Positions 9,504 to 19,499 of a stretch of 64,000 nt of DNA are shown here, piece after piece (the first letter of the stretch is position 1; each line of letters opens with the position of its first letter). Below the pieces are notes generated by a model. It did not search any database and was not told where the DNA came from. It saw nothing but the letters and a program-made list of their open reading frames with translations. Origin of the DNA: a bacterium (lineage in GTDB: Bacteria > SAR324 > NAC60-12); assembly GCA_965209155.1 (NCBI GenBank), contig OZ242383.1, positions 1,696,001-1,760,000 of the forward strand. The letters are read 5' to 3'. A program made the translations under genes and the position numbers.

Positions 9504-12500
9504 ATGTGGGAGCGCCAAGTGGATGAAACAACTCAAACTCATGCCTTTCATGAGATCCAAAAGCTTTTTTCGAACGATGAAGTCTGTCGCAATCACCTTT
9601 TCCATCTCCGTTGGCCAGCCGGTTATGTGTGCTCCATCTGCGGTAGTGACCGCTACGATGCCCTGAAAAAACGTCAATTGCTGCAATGCAGAAACTGTAA
9701 ACACCAGACTTCGATCATCGCGGGCACTCTGATGCACCGGACGCGGACTCCGCTGCGTTACTGGTTTTGGGGGATTTATTATGTGGCGGCATGCAATGGG
9801 GAGACGACGGCTCAACAACTATCAGAAAAAATCGGATTAAATTACTATTCCGCCCGGAGAATGCTGGGAAAAATCCATGAAATCGAAAAGGACCAGGGTT
9901 TCCTGGGGAATCTGCTGAAAAGCTTCATAATTCCTGAAGGGTCCAAGGAAGCAATCTCCACTGGACCGGGAATGGAAACACAATCCAGGCTAACAAAAGA
10001 GTCGTATCCACTAAAAGAGCGGACGATTCCAGACAAAAAAAATCTGGAGATTCCAGGTTATTCTCTGAAGGAGATTTTTTTTGAAAGTGGGCGGACCCGT
10101 CTCTGGCGCGGCAAGCGGCAAAGGGACGGGCTTTTGGTCCTGATCAAGGGATCGGTTTCCGAGCAGAGCGCGCAGGAGCTCGCGGAAATGCGGCATGAGC
10201 ATGAGATCACCCGGGCCCTGGAGATCGATGGGGTCCTCATGTCAAAGGAACTGGCGCAGTGTGAAAACGGGTGGGCTTTGATCCTGGAAAACACTGATGC
10301 GCTCCCTTTAAGAAAGCTCATGGACTTAGCCCGGCTCGACCTGCTGGACTCGCTGAAGATAGCGCTTTCACTGGCCGGCATCCTGGAAGAAGTGCACCAG
10401 CAGGGCCTCCTGCATAAAATGATCAACCCGTTGAACATTTTTGTCGATTCGATATCGGGAACGGTCAAACTGAGCGGTTTCGGCCTGGCTACTCGGTTGC
10501 CTAAGGAAAATTTGAAAACGTTGAGTCCCCAGCTGACTGGGGAAACCCTGCCCTATATCTCCCCCGAGCAGACCGGCCGGATGAACCGCCCGCTCGATTA
10601 TCGCAGTGATTTTTATTCCCTGGGCGCCACCCTTTATGAACTTTTCACTGGAAGGGTGCCATTCCAATCCCGGGAGGCCATGGAAATCATCCACGCTCAC
10701 ATTGCCCGGCAGACCCCGCCCCCTGACGAGATTGAACCGCAAATACCCAGAGTCCTTTCCCGCCTGGTGATAAAACTGATGGCCAAGCGTGCCGAAGCGC
10801 GCTACCAGAGTCACTCGGGCCTGGCAGCCGATCTCCTGACATGTCTGGAGCAACTCGAAAACCAGGGGAGCCTGTCCGACTTTCCCCTGGGCCGCCAGGA
10901 CGTTCCCAAAGAATTGCAGGTCGCCCCGGGGCTTTACGGCCGGGAGGATGAAATCACCGCCCTGGAAGCCGCCCTGGAGAGAGTCAGCCAGGGAGCGGCC
11001 GAGATGGTGCTGGTCTCGGGAAGCGCTGGTGTCGGCAAAACCGCCCTGGTTGGTGAAATTCACCGGTCCGTTGCCCAAAAAAACGGCTTCTTCATCTCCG
11101 GCAAATTTGACCAGCTCCGGCACAATATCCCCTACAGCGCATTAATCCAAGCGCTGCGGGGACTCATCCGTGAGGTATCGGCCGAAGGCCAATCCGGAAG
11201 GGAGCGTTGGAAAAGCAGGATATTGGCTGCCCTGGGGCCCAACGGACAACTGGTGACCCGGGTAATCCCGGAACTGGAAAGGATGATCGGCCCGCAACCC
11301 CCGCTACCGGAAATGGGAGCGCTGGAGACCCGCAACCGCTTCACTACCGTTTTACTGGAGTTCATTGATCTTTTCTGTAAAAAAACCCATCCGCTGGTTA
11401 TTTTTCTGGACGACTTGCAATGGGTGGACGCCGATACCCTCAAGCTGGTGGAACGGATCGCTCAGCATCCAGAGAGGAAACCCCTGCTTTTCCTGGGAGC
11501 CTATCGCGACAACGAGGTGGAGGCCGATCACCGGTTGTCGATCAGTTGTGAGGTGATCAAAAAAACTGGCCAGCCACTGCAAACGATCCCCTTAAAGCCC
11601 CTCAACCCGGATGACATCTCACAACTGCTCGTCCACACCTGCCACTGCCGTCCTGAGGAGGCAAACCCGCTGGCAGAGGTCCTGGTGCGCAAAACCGGCG
11701 GCAATCCCTTCTTTGTGAGCCAGTTTTTAACTGTACTTTCCGAGAAGGAGTTGATCGGTTACTCCCCTGAGGAAAAACGATGGACCTGGGAGCTGGCTGC
11801 CATCGAATTCCTGGCGGTGACCGAGAATGTGGTGGAGTTGCTGGTTGACCGGCTCCACCGGTTTTCCACTGAAACCAGGCGACTTTTAAGCCTGGCGGCC
11901 TGCATCGGCAATACCTTTGACCTGGAATCCTTGGAACAGATCAGCGGAGTCGGAAGCGGGGAGATCTATGAGAACCTGTTGTCGGCCCTGGAAACCGGGT
12001 TGATCCTCGGTTTTCCCCGGGCTCCGCAGCTGGATAATCCCCCGGACGGAGCGTGCGCGGAGGGTGGCAGCTACAAATTCCTGCATGACCGGGTGCAGCA
12101 GGCGGCCTATGCCCTCATTGCCCAAAAGGAGAAACAGCCGGTCCATCTTCAAATCGGTCAGACCCTGCTCAAGCAATACGCTCCGGAGAAAAGTGACGCT
12201 TTGCTTTTTGACATCGTCCACCACCTCAACCTGGCCCGGAAGTTGATGGGTGGATCGAAAGAACGATCGCACCTGGCGGAGCTTAACCTGAAAGCCGGTC
12301 TTAAGGCCAGGGCGGCTTCAGCTTTTGAACAGGCCCTGGAATATTTTACCATCGGCCTGGACCTCTTAGGAGCCACCGCCTGGAAACGGCATTACCCCTT
12401 AACCTTATCCCTGCATGAGGAGGCCACGGAGATGTCATCGCTCTGCGGCCGCTTCGAGTTGATGGAGAAGCTGGCGGGTGCTGTAAAAGACAACGCCCGA

Positions 12501-15500
12501 GAGGACCCGGACCTGGCCAATGTTTATCAATGCCTGATCCAGGCGCACACCACCCGGGGTGAATTAAAGAAGGCCATGGAAACAGGCGCGGAGATTCTGG
12601 AGAAATTGGGGTGTCAACTGAGCCATTTGTCTCCCGACCAGTGGCAGCAGACCCTTGTTCAAATCAAATCCAGCCTGGCCGGTAAAAGCGTCGCGGACGT
12701 GATGCGCTTTGAGCCGCTCACCCAACCGCATGCCGAGGTCCTTGTCCCTATTCTGTATGAGCTCCGTCATGCATATGACCAGACTGGGGTTGCCTTGGAT
12801 GACGGTCTTTGGCAGCCCGTCGCTTCAAAACGCATCTCTTTGCTGCTGAATCATTTTCATCCGGAATATTCACCCGAATTCTATATTCACCTTGGATTTA
12901 TATATTGCGTGTTTACGCAGGATTTTGAATTTGCTTATGAACTCGGTCGTCTGGGCATACAGCTCATGGAAGCGCTTGATCTGAAGGAAATAAACTGTAG
13001 TGTTTCCGGGCTTTTCAACCTCGCGACACGGTTCTACCGGGAGCCGCTATCGACTTCATTGGATCCTTTGCTGGAAGCTCATCAGATGGGAATCGAGACG
13101 GGAGATTTCTACAATGCCGGTTGTAGCGCCATCGAAAGGTGTCAGATTGCCTTTATGTGCGGGAAAGAGCTGAATTGGCTGAAAGGAGAATTGTCGACGT
13201 TGAAGCTTGCTTTCAAGAAAATCGATTATATTCTTGGGTTTTCCAAAATCGAAATTCTGACGAAGGCGATCACGATTCTAATGGAGGAACCTTGGGCCCC
13301 GTCGACCGATATCATTGATCAATACCATAGGGTGTCAAGTGCGGAGTACGTCTATCATGAACAGAGCAGTTTCAACTACCAAAAGCTGGTGCTGCAATAT
13401 CTGTTCGAAGAATACGAAGCAGCCCGTGAGACGGTTTTTGAAATGATCAACCTGATGAAAACCTACAAGAATTCCCTTAATGATCCCCTGGCCAACTGCT
13501 ACCTCTCCCTCGCTCTCCTGGCGGTTTGCGGCCAGGGGAGCGAGGGGGAAAAGGAGGAGATCCTGACCCAGGTCGATGACAATCAGGAGACGTTGGAGAG
13601 ACTGGCGCGCTGCGCACCGTCCAATTTTTTACACAAGCATCACCTGGTGCAAGCCGAGCGGCTGCGGGTTTTGGAGGGTCAAAGCGATGCGATCCTGTCC
13701 CATTATGACCAGGCCATTGCCTTAGCCAAGGAGAGCGGATTTATCCATGAGGAAGCCCTGGCCGACGAACTGGCAGCCAGGTATTTGCTCAGCCAGGGGC
13801 AGAACGACGCCGCCAGGGCTTACCTGCGCGCAGCATTGGAGCAGTACGAAACCTGGGGGGCAAAACGGAAGGTCGCGCAGCTGAGGTCTCGATATCCCGG
13901 CCTGATTGCCGATAATCGCACTGAAGCGGTGGCGTCCCCATCGGCCAACCTGGACCAGGCTACGATGCTCAAAGCCTCGGAGGCCATCTCCAGTACCCTC
14001 GAGTTGGAACCGCTGCTGGAGATCCTGCTCCACATCCTCATAGAAAATGCCGGGGCTCAAACAGCAGCACTGATTGTGGAAACGGATGGCCAGTCTCTCA
14101 TCGCTGCCCGCGGGAGTGCCGAGTTGGTCGAAAGCTTTCTACCGCTTTCCCTGCTTGTGGAAAAGGCTGGATCCCTCTCCCTCTCGATCATCTCCTGGGT
14201 GAAACAAACCTGGGAACACCTGGTTTTGGACAATGCCTCCCGGGAGGAACGGTTTGTCGAGGATGACTATATTAAACGGGAACGTCCTAAATCCATCCTG
14301 TGCGCACCGATCATTCATCAGTCATCTATGAGCGGCATCATTTACCTGGAAAATAACCTGGTTGAGGGGGCCTTCACCTCCCGGCGATTCGAGATGGTCA
14401 AACACCTTAGCTCCCAGATCGCCATTTCCCTCGAAAATGCCAGGCTTCACGAAAACCTCAAACGAACCGAAGCGAAATACCGGGGAATTTTTGAAAATGC
14501 CACCGAAGGCATCTACCGGGCGAGCCTGGTTGGCAGGTTATTGAGCGCCAATCCAGCGATGGCCAGGTTATTCGGATACTCCTCCCCAAAAGAGCTGATG
14601 GCATCCATCACCGACATTGGGCACCAGCTTTATGTGAATCCGGAGCAGCGTCATCAGTTCCTGGATCTCATCCGGCAACGACGCCCCGTTTCTGATTTTG
14701 AAGTGAATTTTTTCCGTAAAGACGGCAGCACCTTCTGGGGATCTCTGCACGCAAGCCCAGTCTATGATGAGACCGGTGAATTGCGCTTCATCGATGGGAT
14801 TATTTCCGACGTAACGGAGCAGAAAAACCGGATGGAAGCCCTGCATCAAGAAAATGTCCGCCTGCGCTCCAACATCAAGGAGCGTTATCGCTTCGGAAAG
14901 ATCATCGGTAAAAGCCCCGTGATGCAGGAGATTTATGAATTGATCTTAAAGGCGGCGGCTAGCGATGTTGGCGTCATTGTCTATGGTGAATCAGGGACGG
15001 GTAAAGAACTGGTGGCCGAAGCCATCCATGAGATGAGTGATAGAAAAGAAAAACCCTTTGTTCCCGTCAACGCCGGTGCTGTTCCGGAAAACCTCTTGGA
15101 AAGCGAGTTTTTCGGCTACAAAAAAGGGGCCTTTACCGGAGCCAATGCGGATAAGCGCGGCCTGCTCCAACAGGCAGACAAAGGCACGCTTTTCCTGGAT
15201 GAATTGGGCGAAATCAGCCCCAATCTGCAAGCCAAACTGCTGCGTGCTATTGAGGGTGGAGGGTTCACGCCAATAGGCGGACTTGAAGCGGAAAACTCCG
15301 ATTTTCGCATCATTGCCGCCACCAATCAGGATTTAAAACAACAAATGAAAAAGGGATTGATGCGGGAGGATTTCTTCTATCGCATCCACATTATCCCTAT
15401 TCACTTGCCGCCTCTCCGGGAACGTAAAGAGGATATCCCCCTTTTGATCGAGCATTTTATGCAAAACTACACCCCCTCAAAGAACCTGCCCACAATCACC

Positions 15501-15839
15501 CTCCGTGTCATGGAAGCTCTGACCTCCTATGATTGGCCGGGCAATGTCCGGGAGCTGCAAAACATCCTGTATCGCTATGTCACCCTGGGAGAGGTTGATT
15601 TTCTGGGGGAACAAACAATCGCCCCTGGTGGTGAACTCTCAAATTTCGGAGTTAACCCCCGCCATGGGAAAATAGCCCTCGATCAAGCCGTCGCAGATAG
15701 TGAAAAAACGACGATTCTCAGCGCCCTGAAAAATAATGATGGCAACAAGACGAAAACCGCTGCCGCCCTGGGAATCTCCCGGACCACCCTCTTCAACAAA
15801 ATGAAAAAGTACGGAATTCGATCCAGCACAGGAATTTAA
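9504..15839 (+). CDS. Multidomain sigma-54-dependent activator: IS1595-like Zn-ribbon/HTH + Ser/Thr pseudokinase + STAND-type ATPase + helical repeats + GAF + PAS + sigma-54 interaction + Fis HTH
   Basis: CSICG...CRNC and LRWPAG; YISPEQTGRMNRPLDYRSDFYSLG; GSAGVGKT/LVIFLDDLQW; PKSILCAP..IYLEN; IFENATEGIY..RKDGS; GESGTGKE, GAFTGA, WPGNVREL; LGISRTTL. Confidence 0.9.
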   Translation: MWERQVDETTQTHAFHEIQKLFSNDEVCRNHLFHLRWPAGYVCSICGSDRYDALKKRQLLQCRNCKHQTSIIAGTLMHRTRTPLRYWFWGIYYVAACNGETTAQQLSEKIGLNYYSARRMLGKIHEIEKDQGFLGNLLKSFIIPEGSKEAISTGPGMETQSRLTKESYPLKERTIPDKKNLEIPGYSLKEIFFESGRTRLWRGKRQRDGLLVLIKGSVSEQSAQELAEMRHEHEITRALEIDGVLMSKELAQCENGWALILENTDALPLRKLMDLARLDLLDSLKIALSLAGILEEVHQQGLLHKMINPLNIFVDSISGTVKLSGFGLATRLPKENLKTLSPQLTGETLPYISPEQTGRMNRPLDYRSDFYSLGATLYELFTGRVPFQSREAMEIIHAHIARQTPPPDEIEPQIPRVLSRLVIKLMAKRAEARYQSHSGLAADLLTCLEQLENQGSLSDFPLGRQDVPKELQVAPGLYGREDEITALEAALERVSQGAAEMVLVSGSAGVGKTALVGEIHRSVAQKNGFFISGKFDQLRHNIPYSALIQALRGLIREVSAEGQSGRERWKSRILAALGPNGQLVTRVIPELERMIGPQPPLPEMGALETRNRFTTVLLEFIDLFCKKTHPLVIFLDDLQWVDADTLKLVERIAQHPERKPLLFLGAYRDNEVEADHRLSISCEVIKKTGQPLQTIPLKPLNPDDISQLLVHTCHCRPEEANPLAEVLVRKTGGNPFFVSQFLTVLSEKELIGYSPEEKRWTWELAAIEFLAVTENVVELLVDRLHRFSTETRRLLSLAACIGNTFDLESLEQISGVGSGEIYENLLSALETGLILGFPRAPQLDNPPDGACAEGGSYKFLHDRVQQAAYALIAQKEKQPVHLQIGQTLLKQYAPEKSDALLFDIVHHLNLARKLMGGSKERSHLAELNLKAGLKARAASAFEQALEYFTIGLDLLGATAWKRHYPLTLSLHEEATEMSSLCGRFELMEKLAGAVKDNAREDPDLANVYQCLIQAHTTRGELKKAMETGAEILEKLGCQLSHLSPDQWQQTLVQIKSSLAGKSVADVMRFEPLTQPHAEVLVPILYELRHAYDQTGVALDDGLWQPVASKRISLLLNHFHPEYSPEFYIHLGFIYCVFTQDFEFAYELGRLGIQLMEALDLKEINCSVSGLFNLATRFYREPLSTSLDPLLEAHQMGIETGDFYNAGCSAIERCQIAFMCGKELNWLKGELSTLKLAFKKIDYILGFSKIEILTKAITILMEEPWAPSTDIIDQYHRVSSAEYVYHEQSSFNYQKLVLQYLFEEYEAARETVFEMINLMKTYKNSLNDPLANCYLSLALLAVCGQGSEGEKEEILTQVDDNQETLERLARCAPSNFLHKHHLVQAERLRVLEGQSDAILSHYDQAIALAKESGFIHEEALADELAARYLLSQGQNDAARAYLRAALEQYETWGAKRKVAQLRSRYPGLIADNRTEAVASPSANLDQATMLKASEAISSTLELEPLLEILLHILIENAGAQTAALIVETDGQSLIAARGSAELVESFLPLSLLVEKAGSLSLSIISWVKQTWEHLVLDNASREERFVEDDYIKRERPKSILCAPIIHQSSMSGIIYLENNLVEGAFTSRRFEMVKHLSSQIAISLENARLHENLKRTEAKYRGIFENATEGIYRASLVGRLLSANPAMARLFGYSSPKELMASITDIGHQLYVNPEQRHQFLDLIRQRRPVSDFEVNFFRKDGSTFWGSLHASPVYDETGELRFIDGIISDVTEQKNRMEALHQENVRLRSNIKERYRFGKIIGKSPVMQEIYELILKAAASDVGVIVYGESGTGKELVAEAIHEMSDRKEKPFVPVNAGAVPENLLESEFFGYKKGAFTGANADKRGLLQQADKGTLFLDELGEISPNLQAKLLRAIEGGGFTPIGGLEAENSDFRIIAATNQDLKQQMKKGLMREDFFYRIHIIPIHLPPLRERKEDIPLLIEHFMQNYTPSKNLPTITLRVMEALTSYDWPGNVRELQNILYRYVTLGEVDFLGEQTIAPGGELSNFGVNPRHGKIALDQAVADSEKTTILSALKNNDGNKTKTAAALGISRTTLFNKMKKYGIRSSTGI

Positions 15840-15855
15840 AAATAGAGTTTAATAG

Positions 15856-16056
15856 TGTTCAAAATATTAAACATGTTTCAAAATCTGAATTATGATATAT
15901 AAATATTTAATATCAGAGAGTTAACCCTTTTTTCTGATCGGTGCTTGTTAACATAATTGAACACTTGCTTCGCATACCCAAACCTCCCTCTTATCAAAAT
16001 TAGTTAATAATTACAATAAGTTAACTGAATATCCTCAAATTTGGCACACTACTTGA
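15856..16056 (+). promoter_or_regulatory. sigma-54 promoter region (UAS, IHF site, -24/-12)
   Basis: TGTT-N10-AACA at 15856-15873; TATCAGAGAGTTA (matches IHF WATCARNNNNTTR) at 15911-15923; TTGGCAC-N5-TTGA at 16041-16056 (-12 is GA, not GC). Confidence 0.65.
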
Positions 16057-16300
16057 TGCTTGAAGCTCAACCTGCCGAAAAACGCGGGGCGAGGGGCAAT
16101 GCCCTTTCGCAAGAGGTGAGATCCTTGAGATTCTTTTTTCGTTCATTTTTTATAAGGAGAACACTATGTTGAAATCACGTAAACAGAAATTTGTTGCCCC
16201 CCTCATGGGGCTGTTCGTTACAGACGTTGTGTCTGTTACGATAACCCGATTCGCCCCGTGGGTGAATCGTATTCTGAACCCTCAATTGAAAGAGGTTTAT

Positions 16301-17551
16301 ATGGTAAAGAGAATATTGTTGTTAATATCAAGTGTCCTGCTCGCTTATGGACTGGGGGTGGCCCCTGTTTTGGCTAAAGAGATAACCTTTTGGTCTCGGG
16401 CCACCAATCAGACCCAGCTTACTGCGCTGGTCGATGCCTGGAATGAAACGCACGAGACCCAGATCAAACTCACATTGATTCCCTGGGATGATTTTTTTTC
16501 CAAACTAGGTCTCGCCATGGCCACCGGCACACCGCCCGACATTGCTGCGATTGAGGTGGGCCACTTTACGAAGTACGCAGCAGAGGGGCAAATGTTGGAT
16601 ATTACCGACAAAGCCAAAGCCCTTCCATACTTTAAATATTTTATTCCAGCTCATAATATGTACTATCCCTTTGGCGGTAAAAAACTCTATGGGATTTCAT
16701 TCTTCCCTGATATTGCAGTTCTCATATATAACAAAAATCTGTTCAGGCAGGCCAGTCTTGATCCTGAAAATCCACCGTCGAACAGGGCTGAAATGAAAAA
16801 CGCGATAGAGCGGATCACTGCGCTGGGTGACGACATTAACGGTTTCTACGCCTCCTTAGCGTGCCGCGGCTGTATGTATTTCTTCGGGTTGTCGCAAATC
16901 TGGGCGAGCGGTGGCAATATCATAGACTATAGTGCGAACAAAACGACTTACGACGACCCCGAAGTTGGGGCTTTATTGAAATTCTACCGTTGGATGTTGA
17001 CATCCGGTAATGTGCCGGCCAGTGCGAAGGCGGATACTGGGAGCGGTTTTACAACACTCTTTAAGGCCGGGAAAATCGGCATGCAAGGCGTAAACACGCC
17101 TGCTGCTGCAGATATGATGAATCACTTCGGGGATGATGTTGGTGTCACCTTCCTGCCCGGCAGGGAATTCGGCGCCGGTTCTATGATTGGTGGCGACAGC
17201 ATTGGTATTCCTGCTGGCTCGAAGAACCCGGATGAAGCGTGGAAGTTTATCGAGTGGATGACGACGGAAGAAGTGCAGTTGAAGTACTATGCAGGGATGA
17301 ACATGATCCCCACCCGTATGGACTTGTATGATCATCAAGTTTTCGCGAAAGATCCACGCCTTGTTAAGTCGGCTAAGGCATCGGAATTTGGCAGGGTCCC
17401 ATATTTAGTAGAGAATGCTAAAATAGTGTGTTGCTCCCCCACTGCTCCGTGGGTGACTTTGGTGGAACAATCGATATTTGAAGGCGAATATGATGAGGTG
17501 GTCGATGAGTTAAATAAAGAGGCCACCAAAATACTAAGAGAGACCCAATAG
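16301..17551 (+). CDS. Sugar ABC transporter substrate-binding protein (family 1)
   Basis: Signal peptide MVKRILLL...AKE, ITFWSR, PPDIA, LIYNKNLF, AWKFIEWM; in-frame upstream ATG at 16166 also possible. Confidence 0.88.
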   Translation: MVKRILLLISSVLLAYGLGVAPVLAKEITFWSRATNQTQLTALVDAWNETHETQIKLTLIPWDDFFSKLGLAMATGTPPDIAAIEVGHFTKYAAEGQMLDITDKAKALPYFKYFIPAHNMYYPFGGKKLYGISFFPDIAVLIYNKNLFRQASLDPENPPSNRAEMKNAIERITALGDDINGFYASLACRGCMYFFGLSQIWASGGNIIDYSANKTTYDDPEVGALLKFYRWMLTSGNVPASAKADTGSGFTTLFKAGKIGMQGVNTPAAADMMNHFGDDVGVTFLPGREFGAGSMIGGDSIGIPAGSKNPDEAWKFIEWMTTEEVQLKYYAGMNMIPTRMDLYDHQVFAKDPRLVKSAKASEFGRVPYLVENAKIVCCSPTAPWVTLVEQSIFEGEYDEVVDELNKEATKILRETQ

Positions 17552-17631
17552 ATCTTACCTCGACGTGCAGAAAGGGGAGGCACCGTGAAGGCCCTCCCCT
17601 CCAATATCCTGTCATCTGGAAGTTTCTTATT

Positions 17632-18510
17632 ATGACATCACACCATCGGCGTCAGTTCCAGGGGTTTCTCTTTGTTTTACCGGCCGTCGTTTTCACCCTG
17701 ACCTTCTTCATCATCCCGCTTTGCATGACCATCTGGATGTCGCTTAATGATTGGCCGCTGTTAGGGACTCCAAAATTCACTGGCCTGGAAAACTACACCG
17801 ATCTTGTTGACGACAAGTTTTTTTGGAGAAGCCTTTGGTTTACAACCCAGTACACGCTCTTGGTGATACCGGCCATCATCATTCTCGGTATGATCCTCGC
17901 TCTGTTGGTCAATCAGCCCCTGACCGGCGTCGGTCTCTATCGGACCAGCTATTTCATTCCGGTGGTCGTCGGTTTCGCGGCATCGAGCTTTATCTGGTTA
18001 TGGCTGTTCCACAATGAGGCCGGTCTCCTGAACACCCTTCTCAGGGACCTGGGCCTCCTTAAAGGAGACCTGGTTTGGATGGCCGAAAAAAACCTGGCAC
18101 TCAGCGCTGTCGTCCTGTCGGTTGTCTGGAAAACCGTGGGCTTTGCGATGATTCTGTTCCTGGCCGGCATTCAGGCCATTCCCGGCGAACTACACGAGGC
18201 GGGCAGGGTTGACGGCGCCAACGCCTGGTCCCGATTTATCTATATTACCCTGCCGCTGCTGCGTCGGACCTTTGCCTTGGTGCTCATTTTAACGATGATC
18301 AGCTCCTTTCTGGCATTTGACCAGTTCTTTATCATGACAGCTGGTGGCCCGCGGCAACAGACGCTCACTGCCGTGTACCTGATCTATGCAAGATCGTTCG
18401 TAAATTTCGATATGGGCTACGGATCAGCCCTCTCCTTTGTCTTGTTGGTAATTCTGCTGTTCTTCAGTTACCTGCAGCTTCGTTTATTGCGAGACAATAC
18501 CCGGTTTTAA
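17632..18510 (+). CDS. Carbohydrate ABC permease (MalF-like)
   Basis: GLENY, W+TVGFAMILFLAGIQAIP.ELHEAGRVDGA (EAA loop). Confidence 0.92.
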   Translation: MTSHHRRQFQGFLFVLPAVVFTLTFFIIPLCMTIWMSLNDWPLLGTPKFTGLENYTDLVDDKFFWRSLWFTTQYTLLVIPAIIILGMILALLVNQPLTGVGLYRTSYFIPVVVGFAASSFIWLWLFHNEAGLLNTLLRDLGLLKGDLVWMAEKNLALSAVVLSVVWKTVGFAMILFLAGIQAIPGELHEAGRVDGANAWSRFIYITLPLLRRTFALVLILTMISSFLAFDQFFIMTAGGPRQQTLTAVYLIYARSFVNFDMGYGSALSFVLLVILLFFSYLQLRLLRDNTRF

Positions 18511-18549
18511 TATGCCTTACAATCAGAGCGGACTTAAAGGAAACTGACC

Positions 18550-19437
18550 ATGCCTTCAAATACCATAGCCAAACTATCGTCCACCCGCTCGTGGCGCAAA
18601 ATCGAAAGGAGTAGCCTCTATGTATTGTGCATTTCACTAGCGATCCTCTTTTTGTCTCCGATCATTTTTTCTGCTCTGAACTCATTCAAGGCGCCCGCAG
18701 AGGCGTCGGCGGTGCCACCGACCTATCTGCCGTCATCCTTTTCCTTTGAAAGCTACCTGGACCTCTATAATTACGGTGTGGGCGTTTTTCAGTATTTATT
18801 CAACAGTGCGGCGGTGGCAATTTTCACGGTCATCGGGACGATCGTGCTCAGCACGTTGGCCGGCTATGGTTTTTCACGGTTTGACTTCCCAGGCAAAAAC
18901 GCCCTGTTTATCCTGGTGTTGCTGACGTTGATGATTCCCTTCCAAGCGATCCTGACCCCGCTCTTCATTTTATTTATTAAGTTGAAGCTGAATAACACCC
19001 TATTAGGACTCGCGCTGGTCTATATCACCTTCCAACTGCCTTTTGGGGTTTTCGTGATGCGCAATACCTTTGACATGGTTCCCCGAGAGATCGAAGAGGC
19101 GGCCTTGCTGGACGGCTGCAATACCTTCGAAATGCTATGGCGGGTGATGTTGATCCCGGTGCGCCCAGGGATCATCACCGTCGCCATTTTCACCTTTATC
19201 AATTCGTGGAATGAATTCCTGGCAGCCTTGATCCTCATGACCGATGAAAGCAAATTCACCCTGCCCATTATGCTCGTCGCTGTGCGCGCTGAAGGCGCTG
19301 GCACAGTGGGGTCGGCTGCAGTCGACTGGGGGGCGCTCCAGGCCGGCGTAACGGTCAACATCATCCCCTGCTTGATCCTGTTTCTACTCCTGCAGCGCTA
19401 CTATATAAAAGGCCTCATGGGCGGGAGTGTTAAGTGA
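18550..19437 (+). CDS. Carbohydrate ABC permease (MalG-like)
   Basis: LAGYGFSRFDFPGK, IEEAALLDG, FINSWNEF, LQRYYIKG. Confidence 0.92.
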   Translation: MPSNTIAKLSSTRSWRKIERSSLYVLCISLAILFLSPIIFSALNSFKAPAEASAVPPTYLPSSFSFESYLDLYNYGVGVFQYLFNSAAVAIFTVIGTIVLSTLAGYGFSRFDFPGKNALFILVLLTLMIPFQAILTPLFILFIKLKLNNTLLGLALVYITFQLPFGVFVMRNTFDMVPREIEEAALLDGCNTFEMLWRVMLIPVRPGIITVAIFTFINSWNEFLAALILMTDESKFTLPIMLVAVRAEGAGTVGSAAVDWGALQAGVTVNIIPCLILFLLLQRYYIKGLMGGSVK

Positions 19438-19499
19438 TGACCCTGCATACAGCAGGTGTTTTAATATTAAATTTTTAGCGAAAAGGTAAGGACATAAAA

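Noticed and set aside
16066..16135. GC-rich leader after the sigma-54 promoter as a riboswitch
   Set aside because: No aptamer consensus that I can recognise; an Rfam scan would be needed
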